The notes below the pieces were generated by a model that was given only the letters and a program-made list of their open reading frames with translations, made no database searches and had not been told where the DNA came from. From positions 256,001 through 320,000 of the forward strand of contig CAXXOA010000002.1 in the NCBI GenBank assembly GCA_963666275.2: a stretch of DNA of 64,000 bases, read 5' to 3'. The DNA comes from Oceanispirochaeta sp. Lineage in GTDB: Bacteria > Spirochaetota > Spirochaetia > DSM-2461. The position numbers and the translations under genes were made by a program. Positions 39,651-51,111 of this stretch are shown piece by piece; the first letter of the stretch is position 1, and every line of letters begins with the position of its first letter.

Positions 39651-40754
39651 ATGGCCGAAGTTATCCTTAAGGATATAACCAAAATTTACGACGGCAACGT
39701 AAAAGCGGTGGACAAAGCAAATGTCCACATCAAAGACCAGGAATTTGTTGTTCTGGTAGGACCTTCCGGATGTGGTAAATCAACCACTCTGAGAATGGTA
39801 GCAGGTCTTGAAGACATCAGTGACGGAGAACTCCTCATTGACGGCAAAAGAATGAATGAGGAAGCGCCCAAAGACAGAGATATAGCGATGGTATTCCAGA
39901 ACTATGCCCTGTATCCTCATATGTCTGTTTACGACAACATGGCATTCGGGCTCAAAATCCGGAAATATCCCAAAGCGGATATCGATTCCCGTGTAAAAGA
40001 AGCGGCTCAGATTCTGGATATTGAAGAACTCCTGGACAGAAAGCCCAAAGCTCTTTCAGGAGGCCAGAGACAGCGTGTGGCAGTAGGCCGGGCGATTGTA
40101 AGGAAACCGAAAGTATTCCTTTTCGATGAACCCCTGTCAAACCTGGATGCAAAACTGAGAGTTCAGATGAGAGCCGAGATCGGCGCTCTTCATTCCAGAC
40201 TTTCAGCGACGATGATCTATGTAACCCACGATCAGGTCGAAGCAATGACAATGGGTGACAAAATCGTTGTAATGAAAGGCGGAATCATCCAGCAGATCGG
40301 TTCTCCCCTGAAACTGTACAACGAACCTATCAACAGATTTGTCGCCGGTTTTATTGGATCACCTCCCATGAACGTGGCCGTTGCCAAAGTTTCGGAAGAG
40401 GGTGGAAAGATTGTCATTACCGAAGAAGGTATGACAGTAGCCATTGATGACGAGAGAAAAGAAGTACTTAAAAATTATGTGGGAAAAGAGGTTCTTGTAG
40501 GGATCAGACCGGAAGATCTGGACTTTACAACCACTCCTGTTGAGAACAATATGGTTGCAAAAGTTGTTGTTATTGAGCCCCTGGGAGCAGAAACCCAGCT
40601 TCATATCAACACAGGCTCTCATACCTTCACAACCAAGAATGAGCCAACCATCAGTGTAAAAGTCGGGGACGAAGTAAACTTCACTCCCAGACTGGAGAAA
40701 CTGCACTTCTTTGATCTGGAAACAGAAAGATCCCTTTTCTTCAAAGAAGACTGA
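39651..40754 (+). CDS. Sugar ABC transporter ATPase (MsmX/MalK/UgpC family)
   Basis: GPSGCGKST, MVFQNYALYPHM, LSGGQRQR, DEPLSNLDAKLR, TOBE domain. Confidence 0.95.
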   Translation: MAEVILKDITKIYDGNVKAVDKANVHIKDQEFVVLVGPSGCGKSTTLRMVAGLEDISDGELLIDGKRMNEEAPKDRDIAMVFQNYALYPHMSVYDNMAFGLKIRKYPKADIDSRVKEAAQILDIEELLDRKPKALSGGQRQRVAVGRAIVRKPKVFLFDEPLSNLDAKLRVQMRAEIGALHSRLSATMIYVTHDQVEAMTMGDKIVVMKGGIIQQIGSPLKLYNEPINRFVAGFIGSPPMNVAVAKVSEEGGKIVITEEGMTVAIDDERKEVLKNYVGKEVLVGIRPEDLDFTTTPVENNMVAKVVVIEPLGAETQLHINTGSHTFTTKNEPTISVKVGDEVNFTPRLEKLHFFDLETERSLFFKED

Positions 40755-40775
40755 TAATCGATTCTGATTGCAAAT

Positions 40776-40806
40776 GGCTGTCCCCCGGGGCAGCCTTTTT
40801 TATTTT
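40776..40806 (+). terminator. Intrinsic terminator
   Basis: GGCTGTCCC/GGGGCAGCC plus T-run. Confidence 0.85.
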
Positions 40807-40921
40807 CCCCCTCCATAAGGATTTCCCTCCAAATTGCCCATCTTACAACCAAAGCAACTCTTGTTGTAATTTCCGCAACAAACCCTTTCAAACATTACAC
40901 CATCAATAGGAGTTTTCAAGA

Positions 40922-40950
40922 TTGACAACAGCTGTCAGTCGGGTTAGTTT
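40922..40950 (+). promoter_or_regulatory. ilvC promoter
   Basis: TTGACA-17-TAGTTT, with TGACA-N5-TGTCA palindrome at 40923-40937. Confidence 0.55.
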
Positions 40951-40994
40951 TCATTATACAAACAGACTCCCCCCCAGGGAAAAGAGGAAAAAGA

Positions 40995-42458
40995 ATGAAT
41001 TATTTTAATACACTCCCCTTAAGAAAACAGCTTGATCAGCTGGGAACATGCAGCCTGATCTCCCGTAATGAATTCAACGGTGTTGAAAAACTGAAAGGAA
41101 AAAAAGTTGTCATTATCGGTTGCGGTGCTCAGGGTCTGCACCAGGGACTGAACATGAGAGACAGCGGGCTTGATGTCTCTTACGCCCTGCGTGAAGGAGC
41201 CATTAAAGAAAAAAGACAGTCTTACATCAATGCCACAGAAAATGGATTTGTTGCTGATGTTTATGAAAACCTGATTCCCGGTGCGGACCTGGTTCTGAAC
41301 CTGACTCCGGATAAACAGCATTCTAGCGTTGTAGAAGCGGTAATGCCTCTGATGAAAAAAGGCGCAACCCTCTCCTACTCTCACGGATTTAATATCATCG
41401 AAGAGGGAATGCAGATCAGAAAAGATATTACAGTTATTATGGTTGCTCCCAAATCACCCGGTTCCGAAGTAAGAGAAGAGTACAAAAGGGGTTTCGGTGT
41501 TCCTACCCTCATAGCCGTTCACCCCGAAAATGATCCCAATGGAGACGGTCTGGAAATTGCCATGGCCTACGCGTCAGCAACCGGTGGAGACAGAGCAGGA
41601 GTTCTGCTGTCCTCCTTCACTGCGGAAGTAAAATCAGACCTTATGGGAGAGCAGACAATTCTCTGTGGAACCCTTCAGGCCGGATCTATCATGCTGTTCG
41701 ATAAAATGGTTGAAAAAGGTGTGGATGCCTCCTACGCTTCCAAACTCCTCCAGTTCGGATGGGAAACAATTACTGAAGCCCTGAAACATGGTGGTATTAC
41801 CAACATGATGGACCGTCTGAGCAATGCCGATAAGATCACTGCCTATGAACTGACAGAAGAACTCAAAGGTATTTTAAGACCTCTCTTCGAAAAACACATG
41901 GACGATATTATGAGCGGAGAGTTTTCCTCCACCATGATGGCGGACTGGGCCAATGATGATGTCAATCTCCTTACCTGGAGAGAAGAAACCGGGCAGACAG
42001 CTTTTGAAAAAACTCCTGCCGGTTCAATGGAAATTTCCGAACAGGAATTTTTTGACAACGGAATTCTTATGGTAGCCATGGTCAAAGCCGGGGTAGAACT
42101 GGCCTTCGAAGTTATGACAGAAACCGGAATCAAAGCGGAATCCGCCTACTACGAATCTCTGCATGAATTGCCCCTTATTGCCAACCTGATCAGCAGAAAG
42201 AAACTGTATGAAATGAATAAAGTGATCTCCGATACAGCAGAATACGGATGCTACCTCTTTGCCAATGCGGCGGTTCCCATGCTGGAAGACTTTATGAAAT
42301 CAGTTGATTCAGATGTTATCGGAAAAGGAACCGGAGCTGGCAGACAGGTTGATAATATCGAACTGATTGCCGTAAACGATGCCATCAGAAATCATCCAAT
42401 CGAAAAAGTGGGAAAAATGCTGAGAAGTTTCATGACTGAAATGAAAAGCCTTTCCTGA
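40995..42458 (+). CDS. ilvC: Ketol-acid reductoisomerase, long (class II) form
   Basis: [42 protein letters not shown]; 487 aa. Confidence 0.97.
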   Translation: MNYFNTLPLRKQLDQLGTCSLISRNEFNGVEKLKGKKVVIIGCGAQGLHQGLNMRDSGLDVSYALREGAIKEKRQSYINATENGFVADVYENLIPGADLVLNLTPDKQHSSVVEAVMPLMKKGATLSYSHGFNIIEEGMQIRKDITVIMVAPKSPGSEVREEYKRGFGVPTLIAVHPENDPNGDGLEIAMAYASATGGDRAGVLLSSFTAEVKSDLMGEQTILCGTLQAGSIMLFDKMVEKGVDASYASKLLQFGWETITEALKHGGITNMMDRLSNADKITAYELTEELKGILRPLFEKHMDDIMSGEFSSTMMADWANDDVNLLTWREETGQTAFEKTPAGSMEISEQEFFDNGILMVAMVKAGVELAFEVMTETGIKAESAYYESLHELPLIANLISRKKLYEMNKVISDTAEYGCYLFANAAVPMLEDFMKSVDSDVIGKGTGAGRQVDNIELIAVNDAIRNHPIEKVGKMLRSFMTEMKSLS

Positions 42459-42471
42459 TTCATACTTCACT

Positions 42472-42506
42472 AAAAAAAAGACCCGCTCGGTAAGAGCGGG
42501 TTTTTT
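42472..42506. terminator. Bidirectional terminator
   Basis: A-run ACCCGCTC/GAGCGGGT T-run. Confidence 0.85.
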
Positions 42507-42529
42507 ATAATCCAGACGGAATGATGAAA

Positions 42530-44521
42530 TCAGAATTCCTCGCCCCTTTCCTCTTCTTCCTCATCCGTTCCCTCGACAATGATCTCCGCCGTATCCACAG
42601 TGGCACCGTCGTCCCCTTCTGCAGAGATCTCACCGTCCAGAGATTCAACCTCCAGATCTTCCTCTTCAACCACTGTTTTAAAGAAATCCAGTTCGTTGCC
42701 GATCCGTTCAGCAACGGAACCTATGGTCCCTGTCATATCCTGAATAACGGAAATCGACGAGGAAATCCCTTTGATTCCCTCGGAAACCTGCATAACTCCT
42801 GACTGAACGCTACCGGAAATGGCCTGTACATTCTCTACGGCAATCCGGACAGTTTCAGACTGCTCCGTCATATCTTTGGAGTCCTGCCTGACATCTACAG
42901 CCATGGTCTGAAGAGAATTCATGGCCGTCAGGATCTGATCTCCACCGGCTTTCAGTTCCACCATGCTCTGGCTTATCTCATTCATCGAGGAGAAAAGACT
43001 TTCCACATCTTTTACAGTCTGGGTAAATGTATTCAGTGTGACATCACTGGAGAGCGTGGCTTCTCTGATATTTTCAATGATCTCATTCAGAGAAGAACCG
43101 ATCTCTCTGGAATTCATGGATGAGGCTTCTGCCAGCTTTCGAATTTCATCGGAAACAACGGCAAAACCTTTTCCGAACTCCCCCGCATGGGCAGCTTCAA
43201 TAGCCGCATTCATGGAGAGAAGGTTTGTCTGCGAAGAGATGTCTTCTATGACAGAAATCATATTCCGGATGGCATCTATGCTGTTATTGATTTTCTGGAT
43301 ATTAAGAGAGGTATCTTTCAACTGTTCGTTTCCATTTTCCATAGAGGAAACCATCTCTTTCAGACTGCCCAGCTTTTTAACAGTTACCTGCTCTACATTG
43401 TTGATGGACGCCATCATCTCATTCACCGCGGCAGAAGATTCTTCCACCATGGAAGTCTGTTCGAGGATACTGGAATTGAGGCTCTGAATCTTTTCAGAAA
43501 TAACTTCCACGGATTCATAGGAATTCCTGGCCGTATCATCCAGCTGCCTGATATCAGCAGCCATTTCATCAGCACTCATAGAAATGGAGCGGCTGGAAAC
43601 TTCTGTCTCTTCAACCTGACGCGTCAGTTTGTCACGGACTTTAAGATTTTCGTCGGAAACACCTTTGATCCTGTCGATGATGCCTTTCATGGTATCCTGA
43701 AAGAGGGAAAGATTTGAATTCAGTCTGGCCAGATCATCTCTGGAATTCACATTGGCAGTAATGGTCAGATCTCCATCCTTCAGATGGCTGATACTTCCCT
43801 CGATATACCGGATATTGATAACGATCTTATTGGCAAAAATGAAGCTGCCTATAAAAACACAGATAAGAACGGCCAGGATACCAGAACCTGTCAGCAGGAA
43901 TGTTCTGCGTTCAATTTTTGAAACTTCCTTGTCGATACTGCCGAACTGTTCCTCGATGACAGTCACCGAACTGTCCAGCACATTCTCGTAAATACTGTGC
44001 TGAGAGAGAAACTCTGTCATAGCAAGATTGAACAGGGCGGCTACTTTGGGATCCGCCCGATCCCGGAATCTCTGAGCCTGATAGATTTTCAGAAAGTTGA
44101 AGGAATCCAGAAAAATATAAATATCTTTCACAGACTCCTGAAAAGATTCGTTCACACGGATAAATTCATTAATCCGGTCGCCTTTCATTTCGTTCAGCCT
44201 GACAGTGATGTCAAGGGCTTCGGCAATGGCTTCACTCTGGGACCTGAGGTAGGTAATCCCCTCCACTTTGGCAAAAGCCTCATTGGTATGTTCCACAGCC
44301 TCCATGAATTCTTCCAGCCCCCTGAGATAGGGAGTTTGCCCCAGCAGCCTGTTCATCAGAATTTCTTCATTGAGAAAACTGTCCCGCAATTCCTGCAGAA
44401 GAGCAGTCTCGTCATTAATTTTCTGGATAGGAGCCATAGCGGCAAAATACCCGAAGGCAATGAGAAAGAAAGAAGAGATAATAATTGAAATCAGCAGCAG
44501 TAGTTTCGCTTTAATTGACAT
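42530..44521 (-). CDS. Methyl-accepting chemotaxis protein
   Basis: Two TMs, [38 protein letters not shown]; acidic tail. Confidence 0.94.
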   Translation of the reverse strand: MSIKAKLLLLISIIISSFFLIAFGYFAAMAPIQKINDETALLQELRDSFLNEEILMNRLLGQTPYLRGLEEFMEAVEHTNEAFAKVEGITYLRSQSEAIAEALDITVRLNEMKGDRINEFIRVNESFQESVKDIYIFLDSFNFLKIYQAQRFRDRADPKVAALFNLAMTEFLSQHSIYENVLDSSVTVIEEQFGSIDKEVSKIERRTFLLTGSGILAVLICVFIGSFIFANKIVINIRYIEGSISHLKDGDLTITANVNSRDDLARLNSNLSLFQDTMKGIIDRIKGVSDENLKVRDKLTRQVEETEVSSRSISMSADEMAADIRQLDDTARNSYESVEVISEKIQSLNSSILEQTSMVEESSAAVNEMMASINNVEQVTVKKLGSLKEMVSSMENGNEQLKDTSLNIQKINNSIDAIRNMISVIEDISSQTNLLSMNAAIEAAHAGEFGKGFAVVSDEIRKLAEASSMNSREIGSSLNEIIENIREATLSSDVTLNTFTQTVKDVESLFSSMNEISQSMVELKAGGDQILTAMNSLQTMAVDVRQDSKDMTEQSETVRIAVENVQAISGSVQSGVMQVSEGIKGISSSISVIQDMTGTIGSVAERIGNELDFFKTVVEEEDLEVESLDGEISAEGDDGATVDTAEIIVEGTDEEEEERGEEF

Positions 44522-44671
44522 ATAAACATCACCATTTAAAAAATTATTTGTTAACTATTTGTAATTGTTTCTTTATATTATAATACAACATGGGAACTGT
44601 ATCCCATGATCTATTATAGTCCGGGTTTCAAAAAAAAGCACTTATTAAAATTCAAGGAGACGGGTTGGCCT

Positions 44672-47488
44672 ATGAAGATTTTCAGATTTGCCCTTTTTAA
44701 TGTTTTATTTTTACTGTTTTTAACGCCGTTTCTCCTGTTTGCCAACGGAACCGGGGATATTATCCCTCTGGACAACGAAGTTCGTACAGGAACGCTCCAG
44801 AATGGTCTTCAATTTTATGTCCGGGAAAACAGCACGCCCTCGGATCGAGCCTACCTGAGACTTGTGATCAATGCCGGCTCCACCCAGGAGGACGATGATC
44901 AGAAAGGGATGGCCCACTTTCTTGAGCACATGGCATTTAACGGAACCGCCCGTTTTGAAAAGAATGATCTTGTCAAATACCTTCAGGGAATCGGAATGCA
45001 GTTCGGTCCTGATATCAATGCCCATACCTCTTTTGATGAAACCGTCTACAAGCTGATGATTCCCCTGGACAATCCCGGGAACCTGGAAAAGGGTCTGGAA
45101 ATTCTTGAAGAGTGGGCCTTTCATATGACCCTGGATGACCGGGATATAGAAGAGGAAAGAGGCGTCATCCTTGAGGAACGCCGGACAGGACTGGGAGCAT
45201 CCCGCAGAATGATGGACGCCGCCTATCCTGACATCATGTTCAATTCTCTTTATGCGGAACGCCTTCCTATTGGCACTGAGGAATCCATAAAAACAAGTAC
45301 TCCCGATGCAATAAGACGGTTTTACAGGGACTGGTACAGACCGGAACTCATGGCTGTAGTTGCGGTGGGGGATTTTGACGGTACCCGGGTGGAGGAAATG
45401 ATCAGATCCCGGTTTGATAAATACAGGAACCCTCCCATCCCCCGGGAGCGCACAGAAGCGGAAGTCCCTTTTCACAGGGAAACGATCTTCTCAATTCAGG
45501 AAGATGAGGAATCCACATGGACTGCTGCGATCCTTTTCAATAAATTCCCCGCAGAGACTGTGAGAACCGGAGAAGACTACAGACGGGAAATCGTTAAAGA
45601 GCTCTATATCCGGATTTTCAACAACCGTCTGACAGAGCTTCTGGATCAGCCGGAACCTCCCTTCACCTATGCCTATGCGGATTTTTCATCCCTCACAAGA
45701 AAAATGGATTTCCATACCATGACTGTCCTTTCCGCAGACAACAGCCTTTACAAGGCCTATGAAACCATACTGCGGGAGGAAAAAAGGCTGAAAGATCATG
45801 GAATCACCTCTTCAGAGCTGGAGAGGGCAGAAAAAGAGCTGACCACTGAGTTCAAATCTGCCTATGATAACAGGAATGACAGTGATTCAGCTGAGATTGT
45901 GGCCGGGTATGTGAGTTACTTCCTGGATGGAGATCCCGCCCCTGGGATTGCCTTTGAATGGGAACTGTTTCAACGCTATCTCCCCGAGATAACCGCTGAG
46001 GAGATACTCCAGTCTGCCAGGCACTGGCTGTCCGATCAGAACAGAGTCGTCTATACAATGGCCCCGGATCGGAAGGACATTGAACCCATCGATCCTGTAG
46101 AACTCTCACGTATCAATGTGATGGTTGAAAACTCTCCGACCGAGGCCCCGGAAGAGAAAGTACTCTCCGAAAACCTTATGGAGGAACCGCCTCTACCGGG
46201 AGAGATATCCGCCCGTTCCTACTTTGAGATTCCCGATGTGTATGAGTGGACCCTCTCCAACGGATCCAGAGTGGTTCTGAAACAGACCGACTTTAAGGAT
46301 AATGAGATCCTCTTTTCCGCTATGGCTCCGGGAGGGCTCACCCTGGCGGAAGACGAGGAGTATATTTCTGCAAAATTTGCCGCAGACGCGATCATACAGG
46401 GGGGAGCCGGCAATCACAGCAAAAGGGATATTGAAAAGATTCTGGCTGGAGCAAACATAGCTCTCCAGCCGCAGATCAACACGCTGACTTCGGGATTTTC
46501 CGGCAGTACCTCCCGGGAAGACCTGGAGAAGCTCCTGCAGTTGACCTATCTCTACTTCACGGCTCCCGGGATCGATGATGACCTCTGGACCTCCTACAGC
46601 ACCCGTGTAAAAAACAATCTGGCAAACAGGGACTCCAACCCTATGAACCAGTACAGCGATCTTATAACCTCCGTGATGTATCAGGATCATTTCAGAAGCA
46701 GGCCTCTGACTGCCTCCATGATGGATGAAGTGGACCTGGAAAAGGCATATGACTTCTATAACAGGATCTTCGATTCTGCCACAGACTATACATTTTTCTT
46801 CACTGGCAGCATCTCTCCCGAGGAGTTGGAGGAGTATATAAAAACCTACCTGGCCAGCCTGCCGGGAACCGGAGAAAAAGAGAAGACCTGGATAGACAGA
46901 GGCCTCCGATACCCTTCAGGAATTATTGAAAAGTCCCTGGAGAAGGGGAAAGAGCCTCTAAGCTATGTCACCATGATCTACACGGGGACCTGGGAGTGGA
47001 GCGATAAGGAAACTGAGATTTTCCAGGCTCTGGCAGATTCCATGGATATGATTCTGAATGAGAGGCTGAGAGAACAGGCGGGAGGAACCTACTCTCCCGG
47101 AGTGGGCGCCTACCCTTCCAGAATACCTTACGAAGACTACAGTTTTGTGATTTCATTTTCCTGCGATCCTGCAAGAACAGAAGAACTGGTAGACCTGGTA
47201 AAGGGAATTGTTGAAGATCTGAAAACGGAAACACCGGATCAGAGATTTACCGAAGATGTTATCAAATCACGAAGGGTGTACATAGAAGAGCAGATGCAGC
47301 AGAACAGCATCTGGCTTAACAGACTGAAAAGGAACTATCTGCTTCAGATGCCGAAGGAATCCATTGTTCCCGCAGACTATCTCAGCGGAGAATATTCTCC
47401 TCAGGTTTTTCAGGACAGGATTCGCAGGTATCTGGACCCGGAAAACTACATAGAGATTCTTCTCTATCCGGAAAACCGGGAGAACTGA
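44672..47488 (+). CDS. Exported M16 zinc protease (PqqL-like)
   Basis: Signal peptide, AHFLEHMAFNGT, NAHTSFDETVY, RLPIG, LSNG second half; start revised. Confidence 0.92.
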   Translation: MKIFRFALFNVLFLLFLTPFLLFANGTGDIIPLDNEVRTGTLQNGLQFYVRENSTPSDRAYLRLVINAGSTQEDDDQKGMAHFLEHMAFNGTARFEKNDLVKYLQGIGMQFGPDINAHTSFDETVYKLMIPLDNPGNLEKGLEILEEWAFHMTLDDRDIEEERGVILEERRTGLGASRRMMDAAYPDIMFNSLYAERLPIGTEESIKTSTPDAIRRFYRDWYRPELMAVVAVGDFDGTRVEEMIRSRFDKYRNPPIPRERTEAEVPFHRETIFSIQEDEESTWTAAILFNKFPAETVRTGEDYRREIVKELYIRIFNNRLTELLDQPEPPFTYAYADFSSLTRKMDFHTMTVLSADNSLYKAYETILREEKRLKDHGITSSELERAEKELTTEFKSAYDNRNDSDSAEIVAGYVSYFLDGDPAPGIAFEWELFQRYLPEITAEEILQSARHWLSDQNRVVYTMAPDRKDIEPIDPVELSRINVMVENSPTEAPEEKVLSENLMEEPPLPGEISARSYFEIPDVYEWTLSNGSRVVLKQTDFKDNEILFSAMAPGGLTLAEDEEYISAKFAADAIIQGGAGNHSKRDIEKILAGANIALQPQINTLTSGFSGSTSREDLEKLLQLTYLYFTAPGIDDDLWTSYSTRVKNNLANRDSNPMNQYSDLITSVMYQDHFRSRPLTASMMDEVDLEKAYDFYNRIFDSATDYTFFFTGSISPEELEEYIKTYLASLPGTGEKEKTWIDRGLRYPSGIIEKSLEKGKEPLSYVTMIYTGTWEWSDKETEIFQALADSMDMILNERLREQAGGTYSPGVGAYPSRIPYEDYSFVISFSCDPARTEELVDLVKGIVEDLKTETPDQRFTEDVIKSRRVYIEEQMQQNSIWLNRLKRNYLLQMPKESIVPADYLSGEYSPQVFQDRIRRYLDPENYIEILLYPENREN

Positions 47489-47494
47489 TAAGAT

Positions 47495-47522
47495 GCCCTC
47501 CCTTTTAGGGGAGGGTTTTTTT
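47495..47522 (+). terminator. Intrinsic terminator
   Basis: GCCCTCCC/GGGAGGGT plus T-run. Confidence 0.75.
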
Positions 47523-47527
47523 ATTTA

Positions 47528-48040
47528 CTATTTTTCCTGAGGGATGACAGGTTTAAGTGTGCTGTCGGAAGGTTCGGGGACTCCGGCAGGAAGATCACTC
47601 TGAGACGCGGGAAGCCAGGTCTGATTACGTCCGAAAGGTCCTATTTTGCCTCTGACGATGAGGTTGCTTCCTTCAAGCCAGATTTCGGAGGAATAGATTT
47701 TTCCCTCTTTGGGATCCATGATTTTTCCTTTTTTCCATTTTGACCCTTTCTGTTCCAGTTCCCAGATAATATCCAGTCCCGCAAAAAAGGGTTCTCCTTT
47801 AACATTTTCCGCGATGACAGAGGGGTTTACATAGGTATCTTTCAGAGCCCCTTCGTCATCATAAATAACAAGAAGCCGTCCGTAGATTTTCCCCTTGTAC
47901 TCATAAATCTTGACAATGGATTTCACAACATTTGTCTCATCATCAACAGTCTTCCACATCCCGGTAATACCGGATGCCGCCATGAGTGGAGAAAGGAGAA
48001 AGACAGTCAATACAAAGATTCCGATTAGTTTCTTCTTCAT
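47528..48040 (-). CDS. DUF2147-family exported protein
   Basis: GMWKTVDD, GLDIIW, GKIMDPKEGKIY, GRNQTW. Confidence 0.88.
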   Translation of the reverse strand: MKKKLIGIFVLTVFLLSPLMAASGITGMWKTVDDETNVVKSIVKIYEYKGKIYGRLLVIYDDEGALKDTYVNPSVIAENVKGEPFFAGLDIIWELEQKGSKWKKGKIMDPKEGKIYSSEIWLEGSNLIVRGKIGPFGRNQTWLPASQSDLPAGVPEPSDSTLKPVIPQEK

Positions 48041-48175
48041 TCCAAAATTTCCTTTTTTTGTGGGTTTTCCGCCGTCTTTCCAAAGAGGAACCCGGGCAGA
48101 TACGAATTTATTTTAACACGGAGGGATGGAGAATCAATAGCAGGAAGAGAAAAAAGAATCTGACAATGCCGATTC

Positions 48176-51019
48176 TCAGTAATTGAAGAGTTCCTCAATA
48201 GGCAGTTCCCGGAAATCTCCCATCTCCTGAAGCGCCTTAAGGTCGACTTCATCCCGGCTTCCCAGAACTAGAAGATTGCTGTTGGCCTTCAGTATCTCCT
48301 GCTTGAAAAACCGCCGCATTTCACTGTAGGAATACTCCTCCAGACTCCGGAAAACCCTTTCCCTGAAGGCAGGGTCAATTCCCAGCTCCACAGACTCCCA
48401 CCAGGACCAGAAAACATCCGCATCCTGAATTCTCTCGGAGGAAAAACTTTTTACCATCGACGCCCTGGCTTCCTGAAACAGAAGAGACTCTTCCGGAACG
48501 CAGGACAGAAGAGTATCCAGAGCATTGACGGCCTGCACCATTTTATCGCTCTGGGTGCCCAGAAAACTCTGAAGGATATGGAATCCCTCGGGCCTCTCGG
48601 GAACTGTAATATTGGAATAGGCGGTATATGCCAGTCCCCTTGCCTCCCGGATCTCCTGGAACACAAGGGAGTTCAAACCTGTGCCGAAAAACTCATTGTA
48701 GAGGGAAACCGAAGGGAGAAGTTTCTCTGAGAAGGGCCTGAGCGGAGCAACCCTGAAGACCTCTGCCTGAAGCATATCATGATGGGCAAAGTAAATTTTA
48801 TTCTCTGCTTTCTTTTCGGTGTAGATTTTTCCGGGACGGATAGGCTCAGGACTGCTGAGATCTCCGGGATGATGATCCATTATAGACTTGCGGATCTGAT
48901 CAGGCTCTCCGTTGCCGTAATAGAAGATCTGATGAGGCAGTGAAAAAAGTCTGCGGATTTCATCCATCAGAGCCTGAGGATCCTGTTTTTTCAGCTCCTT
49001 CTCGGAAAGGACATCCCGGAAGGGAGAATCAGGCCCGTAAACTCCCCAGGAATAGAGCCCGCCGAAGAGAAGAACCCGTTTGCTCAGTTTCGCATCGGAG
49101 CGGCGCTTTATCAAACCCTGTACGTATTTTCTGTAGGTTCTGACCGATCCTTCTCCCCGGCGGATAACGTGATCCAGAAAGGTCAGGGCTTTTATGAAAT
49201 CCTCCTGGAAACCGAACAGGGAGAGGGTGGTCCTGTAAAGGTCTACATTAAGATTCAACTCCAACCCATCGAAAAACGCCTCTTTCTGGAGCTCTTCCGG
49301 CTTCAGCCTGTCTGTTCCGATATATGGAAAATAGTCCCCTCCGACCTGAAGGGTCTTGGAGGAACTTTTTCCCTCGGGAAAGATGAAAGTCAATTCAAAC
49401 AGATTGTTTTTCTCATTCCTGCCGCAGCTGAGAGAGACCTGGTTTCCCAGGGCAATATGGATCAGTTCCTTTTCATAGTCGGGAAACAGGGGCGGATTCA
49501 CAAGGGGTGAGTGTTTCCTGAAATTGCGGAAAAACTCAGATTCCCTATTGTACTCCAGCGGAACCGGAGTAATTTCAGGTTTCTCCACTTTTTCAATAGA
49601 AGGATCTTCCCCTTCCTTTTTGTCCACACGGATATACTGGTCATTGAATTTTTTCTTTACAAATTCGATCAGTTCCTCTTTACTAATGCTTCGGATCTGC
49701 TGGAGACGGCCCAGATAATCCTCCCATTCCATCCCTTCGGCAAAACACTCCGCAAAGGCATCTACAATACCATTGGTTTCAAGGTCCTGAACTCTCTCTA
49801 TTTCAAGATACTTTGTCACACCCTTGAGAAGACGGGAGTCAAACTCCCCCCGTTTGATGAGGTCAATCTGCTTCATCAGCAGTCTATGGACACTTCCGAG
49901 GCTCTGTCCGGGTCCGGGCGTACCGTAGAGAACGAACCAGCTGTACTCTCCGGCACTGCTGAGACTGCTTCCTCCGTCCAGAAGCTTCTGCTTCTGAACC
50001 AGGTTCAGATCGATCAGACCCGCCTGACTGTTATTGAGGATCAGATCCAGCATGAAGAGGAGATGATAGTCTCCAGACTGAATTCCTCCGAACCGGAAAC
50101 CCGTCATTGTGAATTCCGAGTCAGGCCCCAGTAGCTGATACCTTGCTTTTTTAATGTCCCCGGCTTTACCGGAAAAAACAGGAGTGTCTATTGTCTCCGG
50201 AGACCAGAGGCCCCAGGTCTTTTCAAAAAGTTCAATCGTCTCTTCTACAGAAAAATCACCCGCTAGGCAGATTGCCATATGCTCCGGTCTGTACCAGGTT
50301 TTCCTGAATTGTTCGATCTCTTTCAGAGAGGGCGCTTTTATATGTTCGGGATTTCCCAGGATTCCATTTATTCCATAGGGATGATCAGGGAAAAGCCTGT
50401 AGAGAAGGAGTTCTCTTGCCCTGGAAAAGTCATCATCCTGATCCTGATTATACTCTTCGTAAATAGCCTCGATCTCTGTAAGGAATGAGCGCATAACCGG
50501 CTCGGAAAACCTGTCGAGTTCTACCGCGATCCATCTTTCCAGTTCAATGGAGGGAATGTCACATTTGTATACTGTCTCTTCCATGCTTGTATACGCATTC
50601 ACACCCCGGGCCCCTATCAGACTGAGGAGCCTGTCATACTCTCCCGGCAGTGACAGCCGTGCAGCCACCTGGTTCTCCCTGTCAATTTCTTTATAGAGGG
50701 CCTTTCTATTCTGCTCACTCTTTTCCTGCCGGATCTGCTCAAAAAGATCTGTCAGGCGATTGAGACTGGATTTTTCAATATCCCAGTGGGAGGCTCCGAT
50801 TTTACGGCTTCCCTTGAACATCAGATGCTCCAGAATATGAGCCGCTCCGGTGGAAGTTTCAGGATCCCTGGAGGAACCTGCTTTTACGACGATCCGGGTT
50901 TCTATCCTTGGTTTCCAGTCTTTTCTGGAGAGGTAAAGGGTCAGGCCGTTTTTAAGAGTGTGGATTTTCAGACCGTAGGGATCCTGCGGTTTGATAGTGC
51001 CGGAACTGTTGGGAGACAT
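48176..51019 (-). CDS. M16 zinc protease without obvious signal peptide
   Basis: LKNGL, AHILEHLMFKGS, NAYTS, FQEIREARGLAY. Confidence 0.92.
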   Translation of the reverse strand: MSPNSSGTIKPQDPYGLKIHTLKNGLTLYLSRKDWKPRIETRIVVKAGSSRDPETSTGAAHILEHLMFKGSRKIGASHWDIEKSSLNRLTDLFEQIRQEKSEQNRKALYKEIDRENQVAARLSLPGEYDRLLSLIGARGVNAYTSMEETVYKCDIPSIELERWIAVELDRFSEPVMRSFLTEIEAIYEEYNQDQDDDFSRARELLLYRLFPDHPYGINGILGNPEHIKAPSLKEIEQFRKTWYRPEHMAICLAGDFSVEETIELFEKTWGLWSPETIDTPVFSGKAGDIKKARYQLLGPDSEFTMTGFRFGGIQSGDYHLLFMLDLILNNSQAGLIDLNLVQKQKLLDGGSSLSSAGEYSWFVLYGTPGPGQSLGSVHRLLMKQIDLIKRGEFDSRLLKGVTKYLEIERVQDLETNGIVDAFAECFAEGMEWEDYLGRLQQIRSISKEELIEFVKKKFNDQYIRVDKKEGEDPSIEKVEKPEITPVPLEYNRESEFFRNFRKHSPLVNPPLFPDYEKELIHIALGNQVSLSCGRNEKNNLFELTFIFPEGKSSSKTLQVGGDYFPYIGTDRLKPEELQKEAFFDGLELNLNVDLYRTTLSLFGFQEDFIKALTFLDHVIRRGEGSVRTYRKYVQGLIKRRSDAKLSKRVLLFGGLYSWGVYGPDSPFRDVLSEKELKKQDPQALMDEIRRLFSLPHQIFYYGNGEPDQIRKSIMDHHPGDLSSPEPIRPGKIYTEKKAENKIYFAHHDMLQAEVFRVAPLRPFSEKLLPSVSLYNEFFGTGLNSLVFQEIREARGLAYTAYSNITVPERPEGFHILQSFLGTQSDKMVQAVNALDTLLSCVPEESLLFQEARASMVKSFSSERIQDADVFWSWWESVELGIDPAFRERVFRSLEEYSYSEMRRFFKQEILKANSNLLVLGSRDEVDLKALQEMGDFRELPIEELFNY

Positions 51020-51077
51020 AGTGCCTAATATTAACGAAATAGTAAGGTTCGGAATAGTCCTGTTGGAGGAATCCGAT

Positions 51078-51106
51078 AAAAAAAGGGAGCCCGAAAAGGC
51101 TCCCTT
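51078..51106 (-). terminator. Intrinsic terminator after FecR gene
   Basis: AAGGGAGCC/GGCTCCCTT with T-run on minus strand. Confidence 0.8.
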
Positions 51107-51111
51107 AAAAT

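Noticed and set aside
44548..44565. TTGTTAACTATTTGTAAT as a Rex box
   Set aside because: Right half-site is poor in an AT-rich context.
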